Shown here piece by piece: positions 30,329 through 39,481 of a DNA stretch of 64,000 nucleotides. Origin of the DNA: Cyanobacteria bacterium P01_D01_bin.156 (GTDB lineage: Bacteria; Cyanobacteriota; Cyanobacteriia; Phormidesmidales; Phormidesmidaceae). The notes under the pieces are model-generated. The model was not told where the DNA came from. It ran no database searches and was given only the letters and a program-made list of their open reading frames with translations. Positions within the stretch are counted from its first letter, which is position 1, and every line of letters starts with the position of its first letter. The DNA is taken from the NCBI GenBank assembly GCA_039024555.1, contig JBCCQQ010000024.1:1-64000 (forward strand), given 5' to 3'. The position numbers and the translations under genes were made by a program.

Positions 30329-31010
30329 GTTCGACGAAGGTTGGCAGACAAGCTAGATCTAATTCTACGTATATTTTCGTATCCGAAGAATTTTGTTAAG
30401 GCTTTTTGCGACTTTTTGAGGCTGACAGTCGCTACGGCTTTTGCCATAATTTCTCGCAGGCAGGTGTTTCTACTGAGATGAGGCTTCTACAAGTTGCTTA
30501 CTTCCAGCAAAGACTGACGCTGCCTAATTGTATAGCCAGACAAGGTCACAGTGCCGTTGGTTCATTTCGACAGTGGTTAACTTACTTGGAAGAAGTCAAT
30601 GAAAACTTTGCAAGTTCTTAGAATTGAGTTGTTAGATGAGTTTGACAAGGTCTCTTTTGAACTGTTTTGAATATGGCCAAGTAGTCTCGATGTGCTTGTA
30701 CTTTTATATAATTCACTGATTACAGTCTTTGTATATATTCCTGTCAGGCTCATCTGAAACACTTGGCATTTATTCTGTGGAAATATTGATCCAAGTTCAG
30801 TCAATATTTTTTAATTTATCTACTCAGCACTTGTGTATCAGCAGTTTTAGCTATAAAAAGTGAATGCACCTGAAATTTAATGTCACTAAAGAACAGGCAA
30901 ACGGTAAACTTCTGTTGCAGTTTTTTGCATAATACTCACTTACGTTGCATGGGTTCTAACCTTTAGCCTATAGCTTGATACTACATGCTATGAATTCGTT
31001 TGGGTTGGGT

Positions 31011-31718
31011 ATGGGTAGTAAATTAGTCACGACAAACGTTTTAGATAAAGCAACTCACCAGTTAGATGTAAGGTTGCGCGCTTTAGTGGCAGAAGCCTGC
31101 CACTATTCTGTTGGTACTTCACAGCGGCAGGCGGCTTTTAGCGAAATCTTTCGTTTAGTAATGCGCTCAAAGAAGCTTTGGCAGGAGTCTACCCCTTATT
31201 ATGCCGATGCTCTGCAAGAAATGTGGGAGTACTGTTTTCTAAAGGTGGATGATCCCGAGGATGGGTATCGGCCTGATGTGTGTAGAGTTACCACGTGGCT
31301 TGATAATCGCCTTAAGAAAATTCTTCGACGTTATCGAGATAGAAGCCGCCGCCAACTGAACAGACATGCATTTGCCGTTCAATTTAAGGATGGTCAAATT
31401 CTTGACCCGGTTGATAGTCTTATGGCTCCACCAGATTCTAAATTTGCTATTGATATGTTGACCCACTTATTAAACTGGGTTAGTGAAGATCCTGGCGAGG
31501 TGCTTCGTAATCGAGTATGTGCGAAGTATCCCAATATTAATGCTCAGACTCTATTACTGCGGCGGTTACCACCAATGGAACAGTCTTGGGGGGATATTGC
31601 TGTAGAGCTTGGCGCTGATAAAACGTATATAGCGCAGTGGTATAGCCGATACTGCAATCCATTTTTACGAGAATGGGGGCGAGTAAATGGATATATTGAT
31701 GGTCAATCGGATAGCTGA
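31011..31718 (+). CDS. Cyanobacterial sigma-70-like (ECF-like) factor
   Basis: LRALVAEAC, SKKLW..YYADALQEMW, VTTWL..L, WVSEDP..L....C, LLLRRLPP..W..IA.ELG resemble the sigma-like proteins usually found beside DUF1822 genes; start could be 30990. Confidence 0.65.
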   Translation: MGSKLVTTNVLDKATHQLDVRLRALVAEACHYSVGTSQRQAAFSEIFRLVMRSKKLWQESTPYYADALQEMWEYCFLKVDDPEDGYRPDVCRVTTWLDNRLKKILRRYRDRSRRQLNRHAFAVQFKDGQILDPVDSLMAPPDSKFAIDMLTHLLNWVSEDPGEVLRNRVCAKYPNINAQTLLLRRLPPMEQSWGDIAVELGADKTYIAQWYSRYCNPFLREWGRVNGYIDGQSDS

Positions 31719-31765
31719 TGGATAGCTGTTGGTGATTTGGTGTATGAAACGCTCCACAAAACAGG

Positions 31766-32947
31766 CTATGCGTCTGATTCGTTTGCTTCGACGAGTTGGA
31801 TAGCTTGTGAGGGTGGAACTCCTTGGTCTAGGACGGCGAGAATGCCGGGGAGGTATTGGTCCATGGTCATGATGTTGGTGTAGACGAGGTTTTGGATCAG
31901 GGCTGAGTCGAGTGTACTGCCTTCGACATCGATGCTGGTTTTGTAGCGGATTTCGCCGTCGGTGTAGTCGAATTCGAAGTTGCCGAGGATCATGCCGTAG
32001 TTGGCACGGGTGATGAGTTCGGCGATAGATTGAATCTTATCCTGTGGCACAGGAAAGGAGCAAACTGAATAGAAGACAAATTGCTGCTTTTTCTCTATTG
32101 CTTGAGCATAACAGTCCCATTGACCGTTTTTGCCTTCAAAGGCAAGTCGTAAGACTGGTTGGTTTTTGAGTTTTGTAAAAGGCCAGTTTTCTTCTTTAAA
32201 GAAAGTGATGATTGAATCAAAAATCAGCGACTTCGAGATGATAATGTCTGGTGAAGTGATGTCAGTAGTCTGTGACGCTAATTCCCTCAGTAAAGCCGCT
32301 GTTTCTTCCAGTGAATCTGGTGCGAGCTGTTGAGTTTCGGAGTTGATTCCGATACCAGCTAAGTCTTGGATAAAATTAGAAATGCTTTCAGAAACTTGTT
32401 CTTGAGAAGCTTCTTCTATGGGTGAGCTAAGAGAGCTGAAATGTGACCAGATAGTTTTATATCCTATCGTACCAGTAGGCAAATGTTGCTGAACAGATAA
32501 TGCCAACCAGTTTTCTGTAAAAAGTAAGGGATACAAGGTTTTTATACAACTTTGAGAATGAGGAAGCCTTTCAATTTCTAAGATAGTTAATTGAAAGGCT
32601 TTGGACTGCTTTAGAAAATGAAGCTTCGCTTTATCATTAGCAATATTCTCCTGCGACAATTGACGTAAATTCTCGGGTTTGAGAATGATTTCAACGTTGA
32701 TTGAAGATGAAGCTTCGAAAGTTGGCGTGGCTTTATGAATGCATATTTCAGGAAAGAGATTAAATAAGGAGTTCCTTCTGATGATTTCATATAAGTCAAA
32801 ATCACACTCTAGAGAGAGTTGGCATCCTATGATTTCTTTGTCTTTCAGAGCTAAAGATAATTCATGGAATTTCGGCCTAATATAACAATCAAGGTTTTTA
32901 TAAAGATAAATACACGAATCCACAGGTATACTGATTTTAGAAAACAT
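31766..32947 (-). CDS. YbjN domain-containing protein (T3SS-chaperone-like C-terminal domain)
   Basis: FFKEENWPF..F.GKNGQW.C..FVFYS..AELITRANYGMILGNFEFDYTDGEIRYKTSID. Confidence 0.8.
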   Translation of the reverse strand: MFSKISIPVDSCIYLYKNLDCYIRPKFHELSLALKDKEIIGCQLSLECDFDLYEIIRRNSLFNLFPEICIHKATPTFEASSSINVEIILKPENLRQLSQENIANDKAKLHFLKQSKAFQLTILEIERLPHSQSCIKTLYPLLFTENWLALSVQQHLPTGTIGYKTIWSHFSSLSSPIEEASQEQVSESISNFIQDLAGIGINSETQQLAPDSLEETAALLRELASQTTDITSPDIIISKSLIFDSIITFFKEENWPFTKLKNQPVLRLAFEGKNGQWDCYAQAIEKKQQFVFYSVCSFPVPQDKIQSIAELITRANYGMILGNFEFDYTDGEIRYKTSIDVEGSTLDSALIQNLVYTNIMTMDQYLPGILAVLDQGVPPSQAIQLVEANESDA

Positions 32948-33001
32948 TCAGATAAATCCATGAAAACCTTATTTTAAATGAGCGCTTTAGACACTTATCT
33001 G

Positions 33002-33400
33002 CTATCCAAAGAATGTTTCATTGACAAAAACTACTTCATTGATTAAAAACTCATCATCATGCCAATTTTCATTTGGAAAAAAAGAATTCCAGATCATTTC
33101 AAACAGATTCTTTGCTTGCTCTTGACTGTCCAGCCCATGCTTTGCACCTTTAAAGAAAATCTCCTCTTGATCAACATCAGTTCTATTAAGGATTGCTTTC
33201 AAGGCTATTCTTAAACCATCATGGAAATTTTCGATTCCTGCATCGCTTCTTTGACTGTCTATCCTTTCTTGATAATCTTCAACAAATCCCATGTAATCTT
33301 CAATTACTACCTCGTCCCAGTATTGAGCCTCAATCATAGACCCTAAGATATCGTAGATGTAACTTAAATTGACCTTCATTTCTTCCTCAATACTCCCCAT
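33002..33400 (-). CDS. Putative immunity protein for the upstream toxin
   Basis: Small, acidic, AT-rich ORF starting 36 bp after the toxin stop, same strand. Confidence 0.6.
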   Translation of the reverse strand: MGSIEEEMKVNLSYIYDILGSMIEAQYWDEVVIEDYMGFVEDYQERIDSQRSDAGIENFHDGLRIALKAILNRTDVDQEEIFFKGAKHGLDSQEQAKNLFEMIWNSFFPNENWHDDEFLINEVVFVNETFFG

Positions 33401-33436
33401 AAAAAGGTGAATATTTAATATTCTAGACGGTTAGAA

Positions 33437-36400
33437 TTACAAGGAGGGATGAGCTGTGACTATTTTATAAATCGGATTGCCGGAGCTATCAACACCAGTC
33501 ATTTCTAAAACAAGAGTGGCTTTTTGAAGTGGCCCTGTTGGTGTACCCGGTAACTGCCCTCCTGGTGCCCGTCTGCCGAAGAATCCTCTACCTGTAGTGA
33601 AGTTAAACTGCCTTCCCGAAAGAATTAGTCTTTCTCCAACTGTCGGTGTGTTGCCTGGGCGTCTAATTATCTCCAAAGTTCCGTTTGGAAGATTATGTTG
33701 ACCACGAGTGAGTCCTCTTGCTCCAGAAATTGCTTCTCTCCTCATAGTCCTAACTACGCGAAGGTGCGTAGGATCATTAGCAAATCTTGTAGCTGCCTCA
33801 ATATTGGAAGAAGAAGCGCGGTTTTGTAACTGTTGATTGGTTTTTGATGCTCTATGACCTCTGGCTGTGTGTCCCATCCTCGGTTGCCCTCTTTGTGGAC
33901 CACGTCTATAGGTCCCACCCAGAGGTTCATCCAATCGTGTAACATCCTGTCCTGCTTTGCTTTGCCCTGCACGTCTAGAACGATCTTGAGCTTTCCACTG
34001 CTCTCGCGTCATAGAACGCTCACCGGGTTTAGGCCGATAACCTCGGTTGGCTAAACCTGGATCAGAAGCTGGAGTTGGCTTATTTCGTCCAAATCGTTGG
34101 CCTAACCACTGCCTTGCATTGCCAACCTTCGTTACGACACGACCCGGCATTGCTGCAGCATAAGCCTTCCCTCCCCCTGCCTGTGCAATGTTGCCTTGTA
34201 ATTTCCTTCCTCCCCACTGAGCGAGCTTACCCATCCCTGCCTGCAACAGTGCCCCACCTGCATTTTTAGTATCTTCAGTCATCTGCTCAGACTGATTCTG
34301 AAGATCCTCAGCGGTTTCTGCTGTAGCTGCATCATATAAGTTTTTAATCAGAACCAAACCGTGCAGAGCGGCGGCAACTAGACCAACCTTAAAGGTCATC
34401 CCTCCAACAGTAGTCATTACAGTTGCACAGAATGCAATGACTGGACCAGTTACAGGTGCTGCTGTACCTAGAGAGACAAGGGTGATTGCTCCCATAATTG
34501 CAGTGATTACTGCTGCTAGCGCAGTAATGGAGCCGAGAATAATTGTTAAGCCTGTGGCAATATCTGCTGCTGATTTCAGGAAATTACCTAACGGGTCTTT
34601 TGACCACTGCTCCGCACTAAAGAGATTGGCTCCCCCCGACAGAATTTGGCTTAAGCCACCGATAACTCCAGTGAGAGCTGTTCTGGGATCAACCAAACTG
34701 AGTGCTAGCTGACGCCAATCAGGCCATTCAATATTGCTCAAAGAATTAGCAATATTTTGCCCCATCAATTCCAGGGAGATACCTATCTTCTGTCCTGCAC
34801 TCAGGTTTTCAAAAGATCCCCCTGCAATTGAGTTGATTTGGGTAATCTGCTGCTGTCGTCTTGCTTCAGCTGCTTCGGCTGCCGCTTGTCTTTGCTCTTC
34901 AGTCGCCGGATCAACACCCGTTAGCCAGGGTGCAGCTTCTGATAAATCTCCTACAAGATCGATATTTTCTCGTTCGTCATACCGTCCTTCTTCTATATCC
35001 CTCTGAATAACTCCAGTTGCTGAACCGCCTGTTTGTTCAGCAACTTTCGCAGCAGGCACACTATTCATTGCTTGCTGATACTCAGCTTGAATTTGCTGTA
35101 GTCGCTGCTCAATCTCAACAGACGCCTGAATAAGAGTTCTACCCTTTTCCTCAAGTACACCAGCCTGACTGATCATTTCGTCAGGCTTACCTTCCAAGCT
35201 TTCTGCTTGGGTACGGGCCTGCTGATTTTGTTCACTCATTTGAGTCAAGCGTTCTTGGCTCTGTCCCAGGGTGGTCTCCATTTCACCAATCTGAGTACTC
35301 GTCTGAGTATTTATGCCTTGTGCCTGAGCTGCTTCTGCTGCTAGCTCTTCAGCTTTTGCCTTTGTTTGAGAAAAAGCGCCATCCATAGTTGCCGTATCAG
35401 TAGCAACTTTATTTAACTTTTGTCCCTGTTCTCGTGATTTACCAGCAGCTTCTGGATCTTCGTGAGTATTTGCTGCACTTTGTCCAGCCAAATCATTAGC
35501 CTGACTAACCATGGGTTGAGTCTTCTCTTGGCCTTGATTTGACTTACCAACAAAACTAGGCGCTTGTTCAGCAACTGTTGTGGCCTTTTGTTCGGATACC
35601 TCTAGTGCTTGTTTCGCCTGTCCTAATGTTTCCTGTCGAAAGTTTAGCTGTTCAGTGGTTTTGGTAACTCCCTGTTCAGATTGGCTAACGCCTTGCTTAA
35701 CTAGCTGAATATTTCCACGAATGATTTGAGCATTTGCACGTATCTGAGCTGCTCGCGCTAATAGTTGGTTTCCACCATCTCGCAAACTTTGAGCTTGCTT
35801 AGCCAACTGGATGATCTGGGCATCTACTTCAGGATTACCTGGTAGAGGCATTCCACCAGCATCCACCGGCATTACTGGCTCAGGGGGGATAACTGCCTGT
35901 GGTTGTTCTGGTAATGCTGGTGAATCAGCTGATTGGGCAGAAGTCTGTTGTGGTACATCTGCCTGTTGTGGTTGTCCTGATGCTGATTGAGCTGTCTGCC
36001 CTTGCGGAGCTTTAGGTGCTTGCGCTTCTCCTATTTGTTCTGACGGTTGTTCCGTTGCCTGTGAAGCTTGCTGTGCTTCTTGCCCTGCTTGTTCAAGTTC
36101 TAGTTGTTTTTGGTCAACTTCAGGCTGTGTTTTTGCAACTAACTCTGTTTTCTTTTGTTCTTTTTCAGCTGGATCAACATCACTGAGAGCTTTCTTAGCC
36201 TGAGTTTGATCTTCTTGATTACCTGCAGTTTTTTCCGTCTGAGCTGCTGCTGGTGTCTTGGTTTGAAGTGGGTTCTTATTAGATAGAGCTTCAGACGTTA
36301 AAGCAGAAATTTGCTTAGCTGGAGTATTGCTCGGTTCTTCTTCTTGAAACTGAGTGGTTTGCTTATTTTGGATTAGCTTAGCTTGAGCTGTACCACCAAC

Positions 36401-37069
36401 TTGCTGCACCACGTGAGTCAACTCATGGGCCAGTAACTCCTTTCCACTGCTTGACCCTGGATTGTACTTCCCTGAATTAAAGTAAATATCTTGCCCATGG
36501 GTAAGTGCCTGGGCTTGAATACTGCTAGCCAGCGTCGGTGCTTCATGCACCCGCACGCTACCAAAATCTGCCCCAAATCGGGGTTCCATATAAGCTCGGG
36601 TTTCATCCGACAGGGGACGACCGCCTCCCTTATGCTGGCCTAGCTGATTCTCAAAGTTTTCAGGTACTGCTGGAGCAACTCCTTTAGCCTGAATATTAGG
36701 TTTTGCCTGGAGCGTATTGTCTTCTTCCTCTAACTCTCCCTCAGGCATCCGCATTACTTTCGCGGCTACCTGGTCGGCCTCTTGCTCATATTTATCATTG
36801 GGCTGACCAATGGTGAGCTTGGCCTGAACCGGAGATTCGTCTTCCTCGTCTAAATCTGTATCCGTTTCACCCTGCCGTTGGATGGGTTGGGGGGCAGAGA
36901 GGGCATGGCCAAATAGGGCTGCATGGCTCAGTTGGGTTTGGAGGTCGGCAGTGCCCTGGTCTTCCGTTTCAGTTTCAGTGTCACCAAACGGTCGCACCGT
37001 CAGTTGCTGAAGTGGAGCTGACGCAATTGAGGAGGATTTGGTTTGGCTAGTATTGAGGGAAGAAGCCAT
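33437..37069 (-). CDS. DUF4157 (eCIS core) polymorphic toxin with coiled-coil, hydrophobic helices and RNase A-like C-terminal domain
   Basis: MEPRFGADFGSVRVH..AQALTHGQDIYF..ELLAHELTHVVQQ; Q/A-rich coiled coil; TM-like helices; tip GHTARGH..KTNQQLQNR..AATRF..YKIVTAHP. Confidence 0.85.
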   Translation of the reverse strand: MASSLNTSQTKSSSIASAPLQQLTVRPFGDTETETEDQGTADLQTQLSHAALFGHALSAPQPIQRQGETDTDLDEEDESPVQAKLTIGQPNDKYEQEADQVAAKVMRMPEGELEEEDNTLQAKPNIQAKGVAPAVPENFENQLGQHKGGGRPLSDETRAYMEPRFGADFGSVRVHEAPTLASSIQAQALTHGQDIYFNSGKYNPGSSSGKELLAHELTHVVQQVGGTAQAKLIQNKQTTQFQEEEPSNTPAKQISALTSEALSNKNPLQTKTPAAAQTEKTAGNQEDQTQAKKALSDVDPAEKEQKKTELVAKTQPEVDQKQLELEQAGQEAQQASQATEQPSEQIGEAQAPKAPQGQTAQSASGQPQQADVPQQTSAQSADSPALPEQPQAVIPPEPVMPVDAGGMPLPGNPEVDAQIIQLAKQAQSLRDGGNQLLARAAQIRANAQIIRGNIQLVKQGVSQSEQGVTKTTEQLNFRQETLGQAKQALEVSEQKATTVAEQAPSFVGKSNQGQEKTQPMVSQANDLAGQSAANTHEDPEAAGKSREQGQKLNKVATDTATMDGAFSQTKAKAEELAAEAAQAQGINTQTSTQIGEMETTLGQSQERLTQMSEQNQQARTQAESLEGKPDEMISQAGVLEEKGRTLIQASVEIEQRLQQIQAEYQQAMNSVPAAKVAEQTGGSATGVIQRDIEEGRYDERENIDLVGDLSEAAPWLTGVDPATEEQRQAAAEAAEARRQQQITQINSIAGGSFENLSAGQKIGISLELMGQNIANSLSNIEWPDWRQLALSLVDPRTALTGVIGGLSQILSGGANLFSAEQWSKDPLGNFLKSAADIATGLTIILGSITALAAVITAIMGAITLVSLGTAAPVTGPVIAFCATVMTTVGGMTFKVGLVAAALHGLVLIKNLYDAATAETAEDLQNQSEQMTEDTKNAGGALLQAGMGKLAQWGGRKLQGNIAQAGGGKAYAAAMPGRVVTKVGNARQWLGQRFGRNKPTPASDPGLANRGYRPKPGERSMTREQWKAQDRSRRAGQSKAGQDVTRLDEPLGGTYRRGPQRGQPRMGHTARGHRASKTNQQLQNRASSSNIEAATRFANDPTHLRVVRTMRREAISGARGLTRGQHNLPNGTLEIIRRPGNTPTVGERLILSGRQFNFTTGRGFFGRRAPGGQLPGTPTGPLQKATLVLEMTGVDSSGNPIYKIVTAHPSL

Positions 37070-37144
37070 AGAGCGAATTCAAGTTTTATACATCTCTGCA
37101 TTATTTCCTTTAGGAAATAATGCATCGTTAGCACACCTTCTTCT

Positions 37145-39268
37145 TTAGGAGGCAGAGGATCTCGCATTTGGGCTTGCTGCTGCCACACGTCCACGAACAA
37201 TAACCTTGATTTCGAAATACTTCTCCATAGCATCTGCCTGTCGTGGATAGTAAAGTGTTTGGGATCCACTCCGGGGCCAGGGATCGTATAAATAAACTTG
37301 ACCTTTGGCATTAACACCAAGGGTTATCTCATGTCCTGGCTTACTACCCTGATTTGCGAAGGGTACAGCTAACATTAAGGCAACATCACGATAGTTCTGA
37401 AGTTTCATTGCCAAATTGTGAAGAGATTTAGGATGGGTATAAAATTTACCAGGTTTAGGTAAATTTTTGACTGCATCTTTTCCTTGATAGCGACGTGGTT
37501 CTCTTTCTGCCCCAAAAAATTCTCGAATTTTTTGAGAAGAGCCTGGGCTAACCTCACCCTTTTCTATTTCATCCTGTTCGGTATAAGGTAATTCAGCATG
37601 TCCTAATGTGTCTATTTGTTTGAGTTCTTTAAAGTTTGTGCCTTGATAATCAACTCCAGATTCATGAGCATTAGCAATAATATAAAGTGCTTCTGCCAAA
37701 AGACACAGTTCACTATAAGTGAAATTTTCTATTTTCTTGTTGTTAATCGCACTAGAAAGAGGATGTCTGATCCTCTCAATATCACCAGATGTTTTTGGAT
37801 ACTTTTTCTGGATTTCTCCTAATTTGCTATGAGCCTCTTTGGCTACTCGTTTAACTGCCCTTGCACCAGATTGAATATGAACTGCAAGAACTGCATGAGG
37901 CACACATCGTATGTCATCTAATAGAGTTAGGGAGGCTACATCAATTTGAGTTAATCGATGTAGAATCTTGCCACCATCCCATTTCCCACTCGGAGCTATT
38001 ACATCTCCTCCTTTACTTTTCATTTCAGGATCAACAGTATTTCCAGATTCATCTTTTTTGTCATTATAAGGAAGCCTAGGCTTTTCTTCCTGCAACCATG
38101 ACTCAAGTTTGGGAACTATTGTCTCACTGGTGTAGCCTTCCCATTTCTGTTTTCCTTTCGGTAAAACAGACCAACAAACATCACGAACTAATGTTATGTT
38201 CGTAGGAACAGTTTCCTCCCATCCAGATTTGCTTGATCCACTTCTAACCAATCTTCGAATTTTATAGCCTCTTTTTTTGAGAGCTCTACGACGCCAATCA
38301 TATGCACCTTTATTGTTTTGATACCATTCCCAGTAGGTTGTACCAGAAGATTTACATTGAATTTGATTTCCTGATTGCTGGAGCGTATGAGTCAACTCAT
38401 GCGCCAACAACTCCTTCCCACCACTCGAGCCCGGATTATACTTCCCCGAATTAAAATAAATATCCTGCCCATGGGTAAACGCCTGGGCCTGAATCGCATT
38501 CGCCAAATCCGGGGTCTCATGCACCCTCACCCCACCAAAATCCGCACCAAAACGCGGTTCCATAAACGCCCGCGTCTGATCCGATAGCGGCTGACCGCCA
38601 CCCCGATGGCTCGCCAACTGTCCCTCAAACCCTCCAGGAACAGCAGGAGTTCCTCCTTTCGCCTGCAAAGTCTCTTCCTCTTTCTCTTCTTCTTCAGACA
38701 TGGTCTCCCGCTGCACAGCAGGTCTCGTCTGCAATTCTTCTTCCTCTTGAGATTCAGGCATTGCCTGTCGTTGCAGCCTCGCCTGAGCCAATTCATCCTC
38801 TTCAGAAATCTCTTCCCGTTGCACTAAAGGCTTAGCCTGAATCTCCTCCTCTTCCTCAGCCTGTCGCTGCACCACTTCCCCTTTTTCTGTTACCCCTTGC
38901 CCAAACGCCCCATCCGGCATCCGCATAACTTTTGCCGCCATCTGGTCCGCTTCTTGCTCATACTTATCCCCTGGCTGCCCAATCGTCAGCTTCGTCTGCA
39001 CCGGCAGCTCTTCTTCCTCTTCTAAACCAGCCTCAGCCTGTCGCTGTACAGTCTGCTCTTCCTCTTTCAAATCCGGTTCCGCCTGCCGCTGAATCGATTG
39101 ATCCATACCATGGCCAAACTGCACCGCATGGTCCAACTGGGTCTGCACATCAGTTCCTTGGGCCTGATCAATTGCCGGATCGCCAAACCCTCGCAATGTT
39201 TGCCGTTGGACATTGGCATTGTTTGCAGGTGCTGACTTTGCTTTGGAAACACTGGGAGCAAATGGCAT
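37145..39268 (-). CDS. DUF4157 (eCIS core) polymorphic toxin with papain-like C-terminal domain
   Basis: Acidic VQRQ-EEEE repeats, DUF4157 core ELLAHELTHTLQQ; tip motifs RCVP, GHEITL, YLYDPWP. Confidence 0.82.
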   Translation of the reverse strand: MPFAPSVSKAKSAPANNANVQRQTLRGFGDPAIDQAQGTDVQTQLDHAVQFGHGMDQSIQRQAEPDLKEEEQTVQRQAEAGLEEEEELPVQTKLTIGQPGDKYEQEADQMAAKVMRMPDGAFGQGVTEKGEVVQRQAEEEEEIQAKPLVQREEISEEDELAQARLQRQAMPESQEEEELQTRPAVQRETMSEEEEKEEETLQAKGGTPAVPGGFEGQLASHRGGGQPLSDQTRAFMEPRFGADFGGVRVHETPDLANAIQAQAFTHGQDIYFNSGKYNPGSSGGKELLAHELTHTLQQSGNQIQCKSSGTTYWEWYQNNKGAYDWRRRALKKRGYKIRRLVRSGSSKSGWEETVPTNITLVRDVCWSVLPKGKQKWEGYTSETIVPKLESWLQEEKPRLPYNDKKDESGNTVDPEMKSKGGDVIAPSGKWDGGKILHRLTQIDVASLTLLDDIRCVPHAVLAVHIQSGARAVKRVAKEAHSKLGEIQKKYPKTSGDIERIRHPLSSAINNKKIENFTYSELCLLAEALYIIANAHESGVDYQGTNFKELKQIDTLGHAELPYTEQDEIEKGEVSPGSSQKIREFFGAEREPRRYQGKDAVKNLPKPGKFYTHPKSLHNLAMKLQNYRDVALMLAVPFANQGSKPGHEITLGVNAKGQVYLYDPWPRSGSQTLYYPRQADAMEKYFEIKVIVRGRVAAASPNARSSAS

Positions 39269-39384
39269 GGGACAAACTCCGACTAGGAAAAATAATTTAG
39301 AACAGCTTTAAAAATGGAGATATATTACTTAAATAGAAAAATTAGAGGGCTAATATCCTCCTCTTCGTAAGGTGATAAAGTTGT

Positions 39385-39454
39385 CCAGCTCCCTTCCTGA
39401 CGGTCCCTCTAAAGCCCACTGGACATGGGCTGAAGCCTAACGCAAGGAGAACCA
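39385..39454. repeat. Degenerate copy of the 101-141 repeat carrying a ~30-nt hairpin insertion
   Basis: CCAGCTCCCTTCCTGACGGTCCCTCT [AAAGCCCACTGGACATGGGCTGAAGCCTAA] CGCAAGGAGAACCA versus CCAGACCCCTCCCTGACGGTTCCCCTTGCCAAGGGGAACCA. Confidence 0.55.
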
Positions 39455-39481
39455 TGGTTACAGTCTCCAAAATATTTGAAG

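Noticed and set aside
30262..30804. Short ORFs upstream of the NB-ARC gene as a frameshifted N-terminus
   Set aside because: No recognisable domain, and the NB-ARC gene already begins with a plausible HTH N-terminus.
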